DNA of 64,000 bases from Fimbriosthenelais zetlandica (taxonomy: Eukaryota). Positions 41,624 to 54,400 of this stretch are shown in pieces. The notes beneath the pieces are model-generated. The model was not told where the DNA came from and ran no database searches. It saw only the letters and a program-made list of their open reading frames with translations. The DNA is taken from NCBI GenBank assembly GCA_977030845.1, contig OZ365112.1:18414001-18478000 (forward strand), read 5' to 3'. The position numbers and the translations under genes were made by a program. Position 1 is the stretch's first letter, and each line of letters starts with the position of its first letter.

Positions 41624-41637
41624 GTGCCCTCTGGCGA
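41624..41637 (-). promoter_or_regulatory. CTCF-like motif
   Basis: The minus strand reads TCGCCAGAGGGCAC, a close match to the core CCASYAGRKGGCR. Confidence 0.35.
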
Positions 41638-41721
41638 CGTCATGGCAAAGTCTCACACAGCCGGATGTCACGGCAAACCCCACCCCGACTTCCACGGACG
41701 ATTAACATGTCATCAACTTAA

Positions 41722-41747
41722 AACTTATATGGCAACTTATATGGCAA
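41722..41747 (+). repeat. 12-bp tandem duplication
   Basis: aacttatatggc aacttatatggc aa. Confidence 0.7.
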
Positions 41748-44700
41748 TTTCCTTCTTACATATGACTATGGAGAGGGTTGGCTAAAGCCAAATGTTGGAC
41801 GTAGGAAGGGACATGGACAATGGTATCAGTCAGAGCTTTTTAATGCAGGCCCACAAAGTAATTGAGTGAGTTGGGAGGTGGTCGGGAGCAGCTCTATGGA
41901 GCAGATGAGTCGTTGAATAATCAAGGATCAGTCATCTGACCTTCCCTTGTCTCTAATTAGAAGAAGGGGTCGGGGTGTCTCTCTACCGTGTCTCAGCCAG
42001 CCCGCATGTAAATGCCACTTTTCACGCACTACTTAGAAGCATTAGCAATGAACACTGGGTTCTCATCTTAATCATTGTCATTAAGAATAATAATGTCTCC
42101 CTCAATCAGCTCTCCAATGACACAATATCTATATGCCTCCTCTGTTATGACCATTAGGAAATATACATCTAAAAGTCTTTGTGAAATGCATTCGAACTGC
42201 CTCAAGTTGATAAGCATTGTCACTTCCCGAATGTATTGTCTCCAGGACTCTAACTATGGCGAGCATTGAAGCATGGTGAGATACCGCCCTAATAAACCAT
42301 AGCCGACGTCCTCAACCTTCCATTGCCATAGCAACCGGTCATCAATGCCAACTGTAAATCAGAGACAAGTCTTCAAGTCGTGTGATAGGGTGAAATGTAG
42401 AGCCACCGACTTCAACTGTGGAGGTGGTGTTTTTTTAAATCTTTAACAGAAGGACAAGTTCCCACACTATAGAGTGAGGGCCTCATACTTTCGATAAAAC
42501 AACATCAAACTTAGAGCTTGAAAGGTGTGCTAGAAAAGGTGAACGCCCCGTCGTCTTCACTCAGCTCTATATAAGTACTCTTCTTCACTGTATTTAATGT
42601 CAAGCAGCCATTATGACTGCCTCACTTTATGGCGAATCAGCTGGTCAATTCCAACTCCAATGTTACTCAAACATATATGAGTCTCAGTTTTGGGTAATAT
42701 GTGGAATGAGAACAAGATTAATCAAAAAGCATAAATAGGAAGGGCCACACAGCAGGCAGAAGTTGTGTACGTACGCATGTGGGAGAATGCAACAAATAGG
42801 TAAAAACAATGAACGACTAAAACGTCTCGCCATGCAACATGGATCGCTCTCATTTTATCCAGCTATTGATTTGAATCAAAAGCCATATTTTTGAAGTTTC
42901 TGGCGCCCAGGATCCTTAAAAAAAGCAGCCAGTTCGATCCTGGAGACATGACGGACAAGAGAGGAAAACTAATCTGTTTAAGGCAATATCACAGAAAACA
43001 TCTTGTGAAAACATGGGCCTGTTGTCATTTTTCCCTTGATCTGAACTCTGCACCTTTTAATGATAAAACGCCTCGCCTTGGAAATGATCTTTATCCAGCG
43101 AATTTCGCTGAGTCGGGAGGCTGGTTTTTTAATGAAGTGAGAGGAGCGGGAAGTGGGGGGAGGTCGGGCTAGGTAATGAGTACACAAGGAAGCTGAAACA
43201 CGCTCGAGTATGCTCCAATCAAGGCAGTGAGCGGTGATAACAGACAGCATGAAGAAAATGCACTACTAAACACCCTGCATTCTTTTTTCACCTCCAGATC
43301 CTTGCATTAGGCGAGGAAGTGCTGAGTTCACACATCTAAATATCAAAATATCTGCATACCCAAAAGCATAAATGTCAGCCCTAAAGTAAATATAGGAAGA
43401 AGTCATTAAATATAAAACATTGGGTTGACATGTTGACAAGCGAGGTCAACAATAGAGATTTAAGTGGAGAGATGTCTGAGGGGGACTGTGAAATGTGCGG
43501 GTGGTATTTTAACCCTGCTGGCGGCACGGGCTCCTGCTATCTGCTCTAATTATACACATTAAATTATTCACGTGCGTGGTGCCTGCTCAAGGTGGGCGCG
43601 CTCTCTTTGATCTTGATCCTTAGTGGCCCAGGAGACAGCGGCCCCTACCACTGCCAAGCTACACCAAGCACACCCCAGCGCCAACATGGTTAATTCTGAG
43701 ACAATATGGTGGCAGTGTGTTGGCTTCCATGAGGTTTATATAACTCTAAGTGAACGTGATGTATGGGATGCACATCTTCACAAGTTTAAAAGCTAATAGG
43801 GCATTATGAGGCATCTGCCCTTACTGGTGCCAAAAATATCAATACTGTTATCAACTCCACATTTAGCAGTCGACATCATTTAGGACCAGTCATCAATAAG
43901 GAATACATCCCCCACGTACACTGACATAAGGGATCTATAATCTCAATGATTGAACATGTCCATGTGATAGCTTCATAGCGCCTCATCGTCCCCGCTATTA
44001 TGATTAGATTTACCTCGAGACATCTTATGTAGTACTGATCATCCGATTCATTTCACGTACCTGGGATGTTCAGGAAGAGAAAGGCCAAGGGAATATATAG
44101 ACACACTCTTGCTGTATTCAGCTTGGCAATGCGACCTGTTATTTGAACTTTTTAACGAGTCCCTCTCTCACACACCATTAGCTTTGTCCCTTCGCGAGGG
44201 GAAAAAACTCAGCGTCCCCAAAAAAGAAGACTCCTGAAGATCCTCAGCTGCTATGGCGGGGAGACGGGCGTCAGTCTGGGGAAGAAAATGTCAGACTTTT
44301 CCTCCGTTTTAGACGAGAGGTTCTGGCCGAGGTAATACAAAACTTTTTTTAACTCCATCCTCTCAAAACTTGGTAAAATGCACCTCACACATGAAGATCA
44401 CGAGAAACGGGACCCTTGGCTTCAGAAGAGGCATGTGAGGGAAAGGTAAAGTATTACCTATTCGTCACAATGCTGTTTCCTTTATTCAGCATAGATGTGG
44501 AAGGGTTGAGGCCTCGGCATCTGTGCTTGATACTCACTATGGGGAGGGGGAGGTTGGCCTGGGTGGGCTGTATGGGGGTGGAGTTTCTCTGGCCCCTCAC
44601 TGCCCCCTTGATGTCCCCTTCCCGTGCCCCCATTCCCAGGGCCAGTTCCACCCTTGCCCTTGGTGCCCCTCATTACCTCAAAGACAGGCAATTTACCAGC

Positions 44701-45106
44701 ATTTGCACAAGTTCAAAGGAGGCCGCCGATCGCCCACTGTATGTTTGCTATTGATTGGCAAAGCTCACTGAGACTGGGGCCACTCGCTCTATTGAAGAAG
44801 TGATTTAAGAATTTCCCTTCCGCGCGCCCATCTCTCGCTCGCCCCATCTGTCCCCGACCATTGCCTCTGAAAGGTATTGGTGAATGATAATGAAAAGGCA
44901 AGGCCTCGGCAAGATGCAATAAATACAACTTTACGTCAGAACGTATTAGAGCCAAACCATACTTCACCAGGCAAGCAGGATCGAGGGTATAGTTGAATCA
45001 ATAGCCAAAGAGAAGAAATCTGATTTTTGAATTCCCTATAAGAGATATCATGTTTGTTGATAGCACAAAGGAATTGAGCAGCGACAGATGTGTTTCATTG
45101 CTATCT

Positions 45107-45193
45107 TTAACCCTTTAATAAAGTATACATTGCAATAATTTAGATATGCTTAAGTTAAACTTGTACAATTCATCAACTGTATGAAAGGGTTAA
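45107..45193. mobile_element. Miniature piggyBac-type (TTAA-target) MITE relic, 79 bp
   Basis: TTAA|CCCTTTAATAAAGT ... ACTGTATGAAAGGG|TTAA: a 14-bp terminal inverted repeat (12/14 match) beginning CCC, with TTAA on both sides. Confidence 0.55.
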
Positions 45194-46299
45194 TGTGAGG
45201 TAAATATACAAACAGTTGGCATGTAATGTGGGAGGCATGCTGTGAGGAAAATAGGGCCTGAGACAGATGGATGATAGAGGAGGGATGTACTGATATATGG
45301 GTAGGGTACTGGGCGAGAGTAGCCCGCCTTTTATCCCCTCATAAACTACCTCAATAGATTCATTGGTTCAAAATGTGAGATTCTTTAATGCGCCCATGAG
45401 GCTCTTAAACATCACATATGGTATGATACATCCAGACCGACTGATGATACATTGAGTATCATAGTAGGATGTCCCTCTTTAATATTAATCCCTTTTTAGG
45501 ACGGACTGCATGCCGGATGACTCACACCTGTTCCTTCCATGGTGTATTTCAGTGTTAAACGAGTATGGAGAGGGTTTATAATCAGGAGGAGACGGATGGT
45601 GGTGTTAAGAAGCGCGCGTGTATGGGCAGAATTAAAAAGCCTGCAGGTCATTACCTGCCTCCACGGTGGCGCTATTGATAAGACCAGCCTCCATTGTCTC
45701 ACCTGTATCGGGCGCTTAAATCGATGGCTGGAGGAGGCAGGAGTGGGTGGGGAGACGGAGGGGGAGTGGGAGGGGAGGGGAGTGGGAACCAGCACGGCTC
45801 AGCTAGCCACACAGCCACTACAAGGACAGAGTTATTGAATTCTCACTCAACTGTTTGAACCTTTTTTTAGTCACCGTGTTGCATGGTTTGGCTAGATCTA
45901 TCTATATAAATATCTACACCTGTTCGAGTGTTGTTATATTGCAACAATGCAACAATGTCTCTTACATCATTACAGGTTTGGGTTTAAATTAAATACTGTC
46001 AGAGTGAAGAGACACAGATGACCTGTCACTGAGTGTGGCTATGACAGTGAGTAGTAGGTAGAGAGTGGTCACAAACTCTGGGTGCTCAGTCACGTCCAGC
46101 ATGCACCATCCTCACCCTCCAGACCTGGTCACCCCCAGCTCCCCATACCCATCCACCTCATTATGACGGGCTTCAAAATACTCCCTCCATAAATATGGGC
46201 GAGCACAGACACAGGGGTTAAATAATAACAGTCTATTGCCCTACCCAGCGCCCGCTACGGTGGCCCAAAACCACCCAGTCCTTCACAATTACCACCATT

Positions 46300-46440
46300 A
46301 GAATGAATTGCGCACGCGCCTTTGAACCGTAGCAGGGCGGGCTCATAGTAAGCGAGGTGGCCGCAATCAGATTGGTGGAAACAATAGGGAAATCTGGCCG
46401 GTGACCCCACCTGGGAAAAGGCGGCCATTTGTACGTGACA
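46300..46440. promoter_or_regulatory. CpG-rich promoter/enhancer-like cluster
   Basis: NRF1-like TGCGCACGCG 46309-46318, TCF site CCTTTGAA 46319-46326, GC box 46335-46341, CCAAT (CAGATTGG) 46368-46375, YY1-like GCGGCCATTT 46421-46430. Confidence 0.35.
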
Positions 46441-47821
46441 TTAGCGGCCCGTCTCTAAGTAGGCCGCTCGCATAGAGCAACTCGCGGACATGGCCACAAA
46501 TAAATTATAAGCAAGCAGTCCAAATAGCAGACATTATGTTGCTTGCCTATTACCCGTGTAATGCTATCGAGTACAAACAAATTAGGCAGATTCAGGGGCG
46601 AGGCAGTGTGGGGCTGGGTCTGCCCTCTCCTCCCAGCAGCAGCAGCTGGTAGTCAGGTCAGTCATAAAATGTCTCTAATCTCTACAATGACTCTAATCCT
46701 CACTGCCATTTCTCTATGGGATAGATCTTAGCAGTAGGAGGTCCATATCAGAGGAGAAAGGTCAGAGTAGAGAACTGGGAGACTAGAGACCAGGCAGAGC
46801 AGAGACCAGAGAGCATGCACTGTAGAAAACAGGCATTGTAGAGCCCACATGAAACATAAGGTCCTAGTCTTAACCCACTCTACAAACACTAAATGCCTGT
46901 AGAGATGGTAACCTATTCACAGCTGATAGGGCACTAAATTCCTACAGGCTTTATAATGCAATGTGTCGATCATTTCCGATCATCTCACTCGATATCGTGA
47001 TCAAGAAGAGGGTCAGTAGAAGCCATATTAACAAGAGACTAAAGATGTAGAAACTTTGTCTTGGTTATGGGTGGAATAAGTTGAAGCATATGGCTGCCAA
47101 TCTAACAAGCACTCTGACACATTAAGGAATGGATTACTAATCCCCATGTGACACCTCCGTCATTTATATGCCCTGGAGTAATAGTAATTTAATCATACTG
47201 CCAGCGATCTTCCTTTATCCATTTACAAGATCAGGCCAAACCCTGATTTCCATTAATGGAATATTGAAACGTGCAGCATATTTTCTGACTAATTTCTTGT
47301 CTTGCATCATGGATATTTCGGCCATATAATCGGTCATCACTTTGGCAAATCAATAGTTATGTAGATACAAATGTTCAGATTGCACTGCCAGATGGTACAA
47401 TTTCAACTGGCTGAATCCCTCAGGGATAATTAATCGTCTGGATGGGTGGTTATAGCGCCACTGGGGCTGTGTATAAGTTTATTTAGCACAACTTTAACTA
47501 GGAAAGCGACTTGCATCAAAAAGAGGAAGATTTTGCCTAAAATCATGAAAGTCATAGATAATAGGGTCACATAGGACCGAATAGATAAAGTCGAATCAGG
47601 CAGATAAAATCCTGCTTCCGTTCGAAAGTCACAAAGCTAACATTGCCTGCCATCAATGTGGCTGCCCCGGGCCACCGTCACGCCCCTAGCGGAGTGTTAC
47701 TGAGTGACTCCTGTCCTTGCAGAATCAACCTTGTGTCCACGGCTGATGCATATTTAATAGAGCGGCCGCTGGGTGGACTTTGGCTCGGGTCAGGCAGGCC
47801 AGCGACTGACACACAAAATCT

Positions 47822-47850
47822 CCTTTGATCTTGGTGGTCTAATGCCGCCA
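47822..47850. promoter_or_regulatory. Candidate bipartite Wnt response element
   Basis: CCTTTGATCT 47822-47831 and an exact helper GCCGCCA 47844-47850. Confidence 0.45.
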
Positions 47851-50800
47851 GAGAGAGCAGCTCTCCTCGCATTCTGAGCTCTTCAGCCAACAGCTCTGCT
47901 GAATTTCCCAATTCGCATGCAAAAAGAGGTTATGAACTGTTTTTAAAGTCAGCTGAAAAGTCCCATCCCCCAAGCTGCTGTCCCCACAAGACATCCTGGC
48001 ATTATTTTTTTTCATTATTTACACAGGGATGGAGAAATGTTGCTTTTTTGCCCTGCCGGCAGGCCAGGATGAGGCATAGGGGTGTGTTAGGGTATCTGGG
48101 TCAGATGTGCAGGTACCTCATAATGGGGGTGGCATGTGAAGTGTGTGTCAGGTATGCTGTTTTAATGAGGTGCACTAATTAGTTAAACCACTGACCCATT
48201 TCAGGGGTGTGATCTGACGTCAGGCACATTAACCTGTCGCTAATGACCCTTGTACCTGTCGCCATGACAACATCAAAGTTATGGGCTGTTTAAGATGACA
48301 TTCATACTTCACGGCAGACATCTTGGATTGGGAGGGCTGGCACTAAGGAGATGATCTCTTTGGGTTCTTCAGACTTATATATTTTGGGGTGAAAAATATC
48401 AATGCTGGAAACGTTGGCAAGCACTGCGCAAAGCATGGACGTCTTTTAGTGTTGGGTTAAGCGATTTGGATGGCATAAAGTAACGAGGAGGGAGAAGGAC
48501 AGTGATTCAGGATGAACCTATTGATCTAAGCACTGGCAGTAAAAGTCAGGAGGAGACCGTAAGGAGAGGACACGGTCTGTTTACCTCTGCCAGCTCTCGC
48601 TCATCGATCAATACCCCCGCCTCCCACCTCACCCACTACCCACATCATATATTTATAACATTCAACAAACAACAATGCTCTTATTAGCAAGTTACCCAAT
48701 CAAATTTGTCTGAAATATTAATCAGATCTGTCGACTTCAAAGGAGTAACTTCAATGGATTGGCATCTCTCCTGTGACCAGGCGTAACCCTTCTTTTCTAT
48801 CCCATTTTTGTAACAAAAAAATACTGATGAATTTTAATGCATTTTAACCCTGACTATGGGGAAAAGCAACAGGGAAGTTTTTCAAATAGATCATATCGGG
48901 TTCTATCCGATATCCAAAAGCAGGTATGGCCTACTTTGTGCGAAGTTCTAGCAGCAAAACTGGCATTTACGCAGGCCTATTGCACACGTAACAATCATTT
49001 ATCATTTAATATGGTCATGAATGACACACATACTTCAGACATGTGTTATATATGTCGCACATATATACTGAGATATGGGTGGAGATCGCTTTGCCTAGGA
49101 ATGTCAAAGAGCTATGAATTCAGCCAGTTTTTCACAGCGTGCAGAGCTTGTTGGTTAGCAAGTCATTTGTCCTTGTTTTGAAAGAACAATTGGCAGAAGG
49201 CAATCCTGGGCACTGAGAACACAAGATCCTGATGCTCACATGTTCTGGAGTCTTTGAGTATTTAGTTATGAGCCGGAGGAAGAAGAACACCTGAGGGATG
49301 TTCTGTTGGGGGTTAGGCAGGTGCCAAGCATCACGGGGCCCACCTACAGTCTCAGTAAACAGTTGATCATCCACTGAATGCCAGGAAGCATTGTTATTCC
49401 TGCCTGCCGTCACTTAACAGCATACACTGTCTTTTCTCAGGCTCGCTGGGTGGCATCCTAGCCTGCCTTGATTCTCTGTGCATGTTACTTGTTTATAAAC
49501 ATAACTTAGCCTTTTGCCTGCATTACATGGTGGAGGCCTGGGCTGGCCAATGAAGCCAGAACAAGAGGCAGTAATAACCCTCACATCATCACATTCAATG
49601 CCAAATCCCCCAACCCTCTATCTCACCCGGCCCACAATGCTGTCATCTGAGCCCACCAGTCAGCTAGATTTACATCCAGCTAAACACAATAAAGCTGTTG
49701 TCTCTTTTTTCTCCCTCCACTTTTCTTTTTGCGGGGCATTCTCCCAAATCCACGGGTGGGTTTTTATCTCGCTCCTGGCAAGCCTGAGATGCATCCATTA
49801 GGAGTCGGGAAGAAGCCAAGAGCCCGTGTGTCCCTAGTGAATGAAGAAGCCAGACCATCCTCCACAACTCCAGAAAAAAACCTTCTCTTCCGAAATTGAT
49901 TTCCATAATATTCCCTTAAAATCAATAAACATGTCAAATATTTCTACTAACCCCAATAAAAAGATGTGCCACAATAAAGAAACGACACTTGGGGGTAGTT
50001 TGTTTATAGCGGGAATTATGAAGAACGCATGGAGTAAAAACTCCTGGAAAAGCCAGCTAATGACACTCAAAGCGAGCGAGTGCCAAGTGAAGAAAGCTCA
50101 GGAGGCAGACCCAGGAGCATGTGTTCTCGTATACCTTTAATTTGGCACCTCCTTCCCCATGGAGGAAGTGGCTAAGTGTACCTATTTAACCCATCCCGTG
50201 CTGATGCCTTGCCAACGTTAAACAATAAGAGAAATGCAGGCACCATTACCAACAGCTATATCAAACAGCTGGGCTACCAATTTACTACACTCTGGCAAAC
50301 TTTGTAAATGTTGTAAATGCGAAAAGGCATTTCAGAGAGAGTGGTCAAGAATGATAGGCAGGGGTCACTGCTATATTGGGGTATCTGTACAGGAAGATAT
50401 CTACAAACCACAGGTTATGGCAATCTGTATGCTTCCTAACAGGTATATAGCATAGTGAATAGACATCAAAGAAAAAGGCTTCTATTCTTACAGGAGTGCA
50501 CCTGGTAGTACACGCTAGTTCATACCCCTTAACTGGGGGAATCGTAATAAAGATGAATACTCCATGTTGGGTGCGTGATTTATGGTTGATTAGCATGCCA
50601 CAAAACGAAGGAGACATGGCGTTTGTGCAAGACTGAGTCACCAGTCCCTAATGACCTTATTAACATGAAGCCCTTCCCACAGTATTAGTCAACCTCTAGT
50701 TAACATTATCCATCAGACAGGTCAGTCCGTCATTATAATTCAATCACTGAGTGCATATGAGAAGGTAGCACGGTGAACATTAATACAGGGCATGTATTTA

Positions 50801-51389
50801 ACAACACACATATAAATGTACCTGGCTCACACCCTAACAGGTCATGCTTGGGCTGCTTGGCAGGGTTTAGATTCACCTGTTTCCCCATTCCTGGCATCCT
50901 GACAGATAGACCTGTTAGTGTATAAATTTGGTGTTGGGATTGAATGGGGGACAGCTCTCAGTCTGTTAGCCACTGTCACCCAGTTGGAGGTTTGCCATTG
51001 TCCCCGGTCAAACACCAGCTATGACCCCAGCGTGGATGTTCATGACACATACTGCAGGGATCCATAACGATCCTAAAGCTCCTCGTTGTCCACACCAAAT
51101 AATTGCTGGTGTGAATAGTCGGAGCCCACTCCCAACACTTCAACATGTATCCACCATTCAGTAAGTAATGAAATTCCAGTAGGGGTTAATCCCGAGGCAT
51201 ATACCAGTCGAATACCAGCTTAGAGCCTCAGTAAACTACATAGGCCTATACCCTTTTATAGACAAAAATACCCAGCTGAAATTAATATATATGTGCAGGA
51301 TATCTGAAACGTAATTTGTAATATCAAGATAACATTTCGCATACCTTATCCTTCGCTTCCAAGTAATGGTATTCCAAATCAAACCAGGT

Positions 51390-51412
51390 ACTTACCTGAA
51401 AAGAAAAAGTTT
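51390..51412 (-). other. Candidate recursive splice site (ratchet point / zero-length exon)
   Basis: The minus strand reads aaactttttcttttCAG|GTAAGTac: a pyrimidine tract and 3' splice site directly abutting a consensus 5' splice site, in TCF sense orientation. Junction at 51396/51395. Confidence 0.6.
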
Positions 51413-54400
51413 AATTGTGAGATTTAATGTTTTAGAGGTAATTTAAAGCATACTAATATGTGAAATAAGTTCAGTATGAGGTGATGTGGGTGAGGTAGAG
51501 AGAACAATGAGGATAAGGACCCCTGACCCTCTATACAAAAGTCCCTCTAAGCCGGGCCCTGACAGTATGTGGTAGATAGATCATAGATGCTCGGTAAGGA
51601 AGAAGACAATTGAACAATAGAAAGCAAAAAAAAAAAGTAATGTGTTCACAAAGCACTGGTGAATGATGGCGACCAGTGGTGCTCCAAACCCATCACCTCA
51701 TCCCAAACACTGATATGTAATTCTATCCTAAACATATTTTCAAAATCAAATATAATCAAAATCCAATAACCATTTACAAATTATATAGTGTATTCATACA
51801 TTGAATTATTCTACATTCTACATTTATAATACAAAGTACATAGGAATATGGTAAACAAGTGTTTTTTCTGAAGTACCTTATCGTATGTTATCGGGATAAG
51901 TAGGAAGCGTGGAAAACAGATGTTTCAGGAGGAATCGTTTTAGTATTGCCAAAGAAATATGAATAAAAAGTAAAGCTGAAGGTATCCATTCACAGAATAA
52001 AGTCTTCTTAATTCTTTCATAGCGTCTTTTTTCTTTATAAACCAAACTCCTCTTTCTTTCCTTTCAAGTAAACCATCTTTCAGTGGTTTTGGATTTAAAA
52101 AGAAAGAGAACAACAGTAAGAGGATGCCCCTGGAAAAATACTTAGAGGGATATAAGAAGTGACTAAGAGATTGGAAATAAGAGAATTAAACAGTATATCC
52201 CCTCGGGATGTAAAACAATTGAAGAGTCTTTTGAGACCAATATGATACCTTGAACTTCATACGTCTCTACCTTAAAATCGAGCAACGACAACGACTCACA
52301 TGTTCAACTATTTTTTCGCCTAATTCAGAGATACACTTGATGTTCACGATCATATTAAAACACAGTATTTTTGCGACACTAAAAGCAATGGACAACTTGG
52401 TTCAAAAGAAAACATGGTGTTTCCTGGGGAGAGAGGGGATAAATTAATAGCTATCTGGTCCACTCATTGTGAAGGTTCTGTCGTCAGTTTTTTCATCTAT
52501 AGCCGTATATATATGAGTGATTCAGTATTATGATTGGCCGGAGGGCTAGCATGCATAACCTTCATGCTACAAGGTGTGGCGTTGTACATATCAATGGCCA
52601 CTTTGTCAGCGTTTTGTTAACACGAAAGCAGAAATGTGTTGGGTGGACAAGGCCCTTCACCCCCTCATCTTGTCCACTACCTCCTCACTGTATACATACA
52701 CTGACCATCGTGTCACGCGGACAATGGGCGAGGTCGGGTCGGACCTGCAGAGTCCAGAGATCACTCATGTCCAATAGAGATCGTTACTCCAGCCCACACA
52801 TCATCTTATGTCACTATTGTAAGCTTCGTCAGAACTCCATTTTATATAACAAGCCCTGGGGCCGTCAATTCCAGGTGAAAAGCTCAATTGAAAGGGGACT
52901 TTAATAAGTTTGTATTGTGTTATAACTAGTTGCATGTCATGTACCAATTATGAGTTATTTTTATCATTTGATTGTGATGTGAAATGGATTATTAATTTCT
53001 AGAATAATGGAGAAGTATACAAAGTAGAGAAAGCATCACAGTTTTAATGGAACCCTATAACCTAGAAACCTCTAAGTACTTATAACCATACATATATATA
53101 AAAGGATGTAGGTAGAGGAGCTCAGCACGGCTGATCGTAAAGCCTTGTTTTGGCTCGGGTGGCGTTTTAATGGCCTCGGCTGACAATCACTTAGACCTAG
53201 TTAGGGACATAGGATCGCGCTCGACAGCCCCAAGATTGGCCAACAGCTGTTCAAGACTGACCTGCAGCCAACATCCAGATGAGGCGAGGACATTATCGGG
53301 AAAGAAATGACCAGGAGCTGGAGGAGGGGGCGTCAGGAGCAAATCTGCTACTTCTATTTTAGTCTATCACAGGTCCATTAACAATTGAAGCCATGGTCAC
53401 TTGTATGGATGGCATTAGATAAGCCATTGAATGCCTTAACCCAGGGCAATAACAGTAACCACAATCCGAAGATCAATTAAAATTGGAATGGTGAGTGATA
53501 TTAGAGGAGATTTGAGTTATTGGGAGGGTGGAGTGAGGAGGCTTATTGGCAGGGTGTTGGTGGTGGTCTCTGGTGGAGCGAGGGCTATGAATTATTAGTT
53601 TCCTCTCGCTGGGTGTGAGCGGACATCTAGGGGTGTGGATGGAGGTGCCTTTTGATGTCACTGACCACCAGATCCCGTCACTTGGGTCTGTGACTGGTCA
53701 GTGACAATGCTGTTCTGTGGCTCATTACCAGTCAAGCTTCATATAATAAACATGGCTTAGTAAGTAGGGGTCAGGTTAGAGCAATGTGCGCTGGTCATAC
53801 ATCAACATTAGGCCTTCCTTCTCCCTCCATAGACCCACTCACATACAAGAGTCAACAAAACTCAAACAAGAACCATGACCTTGCTCCATCAGATTTAATA
53901 GCAATCGTCTTTGATTGATTCTTTACTCATTTTTCTCCCACCCAGTCTTGGTTGCCAAGCGATGATACATTGCCCTTACTCAACACTAATGCTCTGGATT
54001 TTGTTTGTTATGAAGCCCTGATTATGATCTATAAAGGCCACTTCATCATCAGCAGATAGAAGTGAATGTTTCTGACAGAGAATGTGAAGGAAAGGTGTAA
54101 ATATTGCGAAGGGATGTCTCTCATGGCTCACATAGGCCAGACTTAGACACTAGTCTCATAGATTAGCAGGCAGGCCGAATAGTGAAGACCATAGAGCGTC
54201 TGCAATCTAACCCTCACAGCGCCAGGAGAAGCAGCACTAAAACATACCACACTGTAAACTCTTAACCTCCAATTAATCAACTAAAACAGCCACATTCAAT
54301 ACAATTACATCATCCCCGCAGCAAGAAAAGCTAATATAGTTAAGATAGCTGTAAAGATTTTACCGCATTGCTGGCCGTGATAATTGTGAATATTTGCTAC

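Noticed and set aside
42901-42943. TGGCGCCCAG (PBS-like) and GTTCGATCC (B-box-like)
   Set aside because: No LTR, no retroviral ORF and no tRNA fold; short matches are expected by chance.
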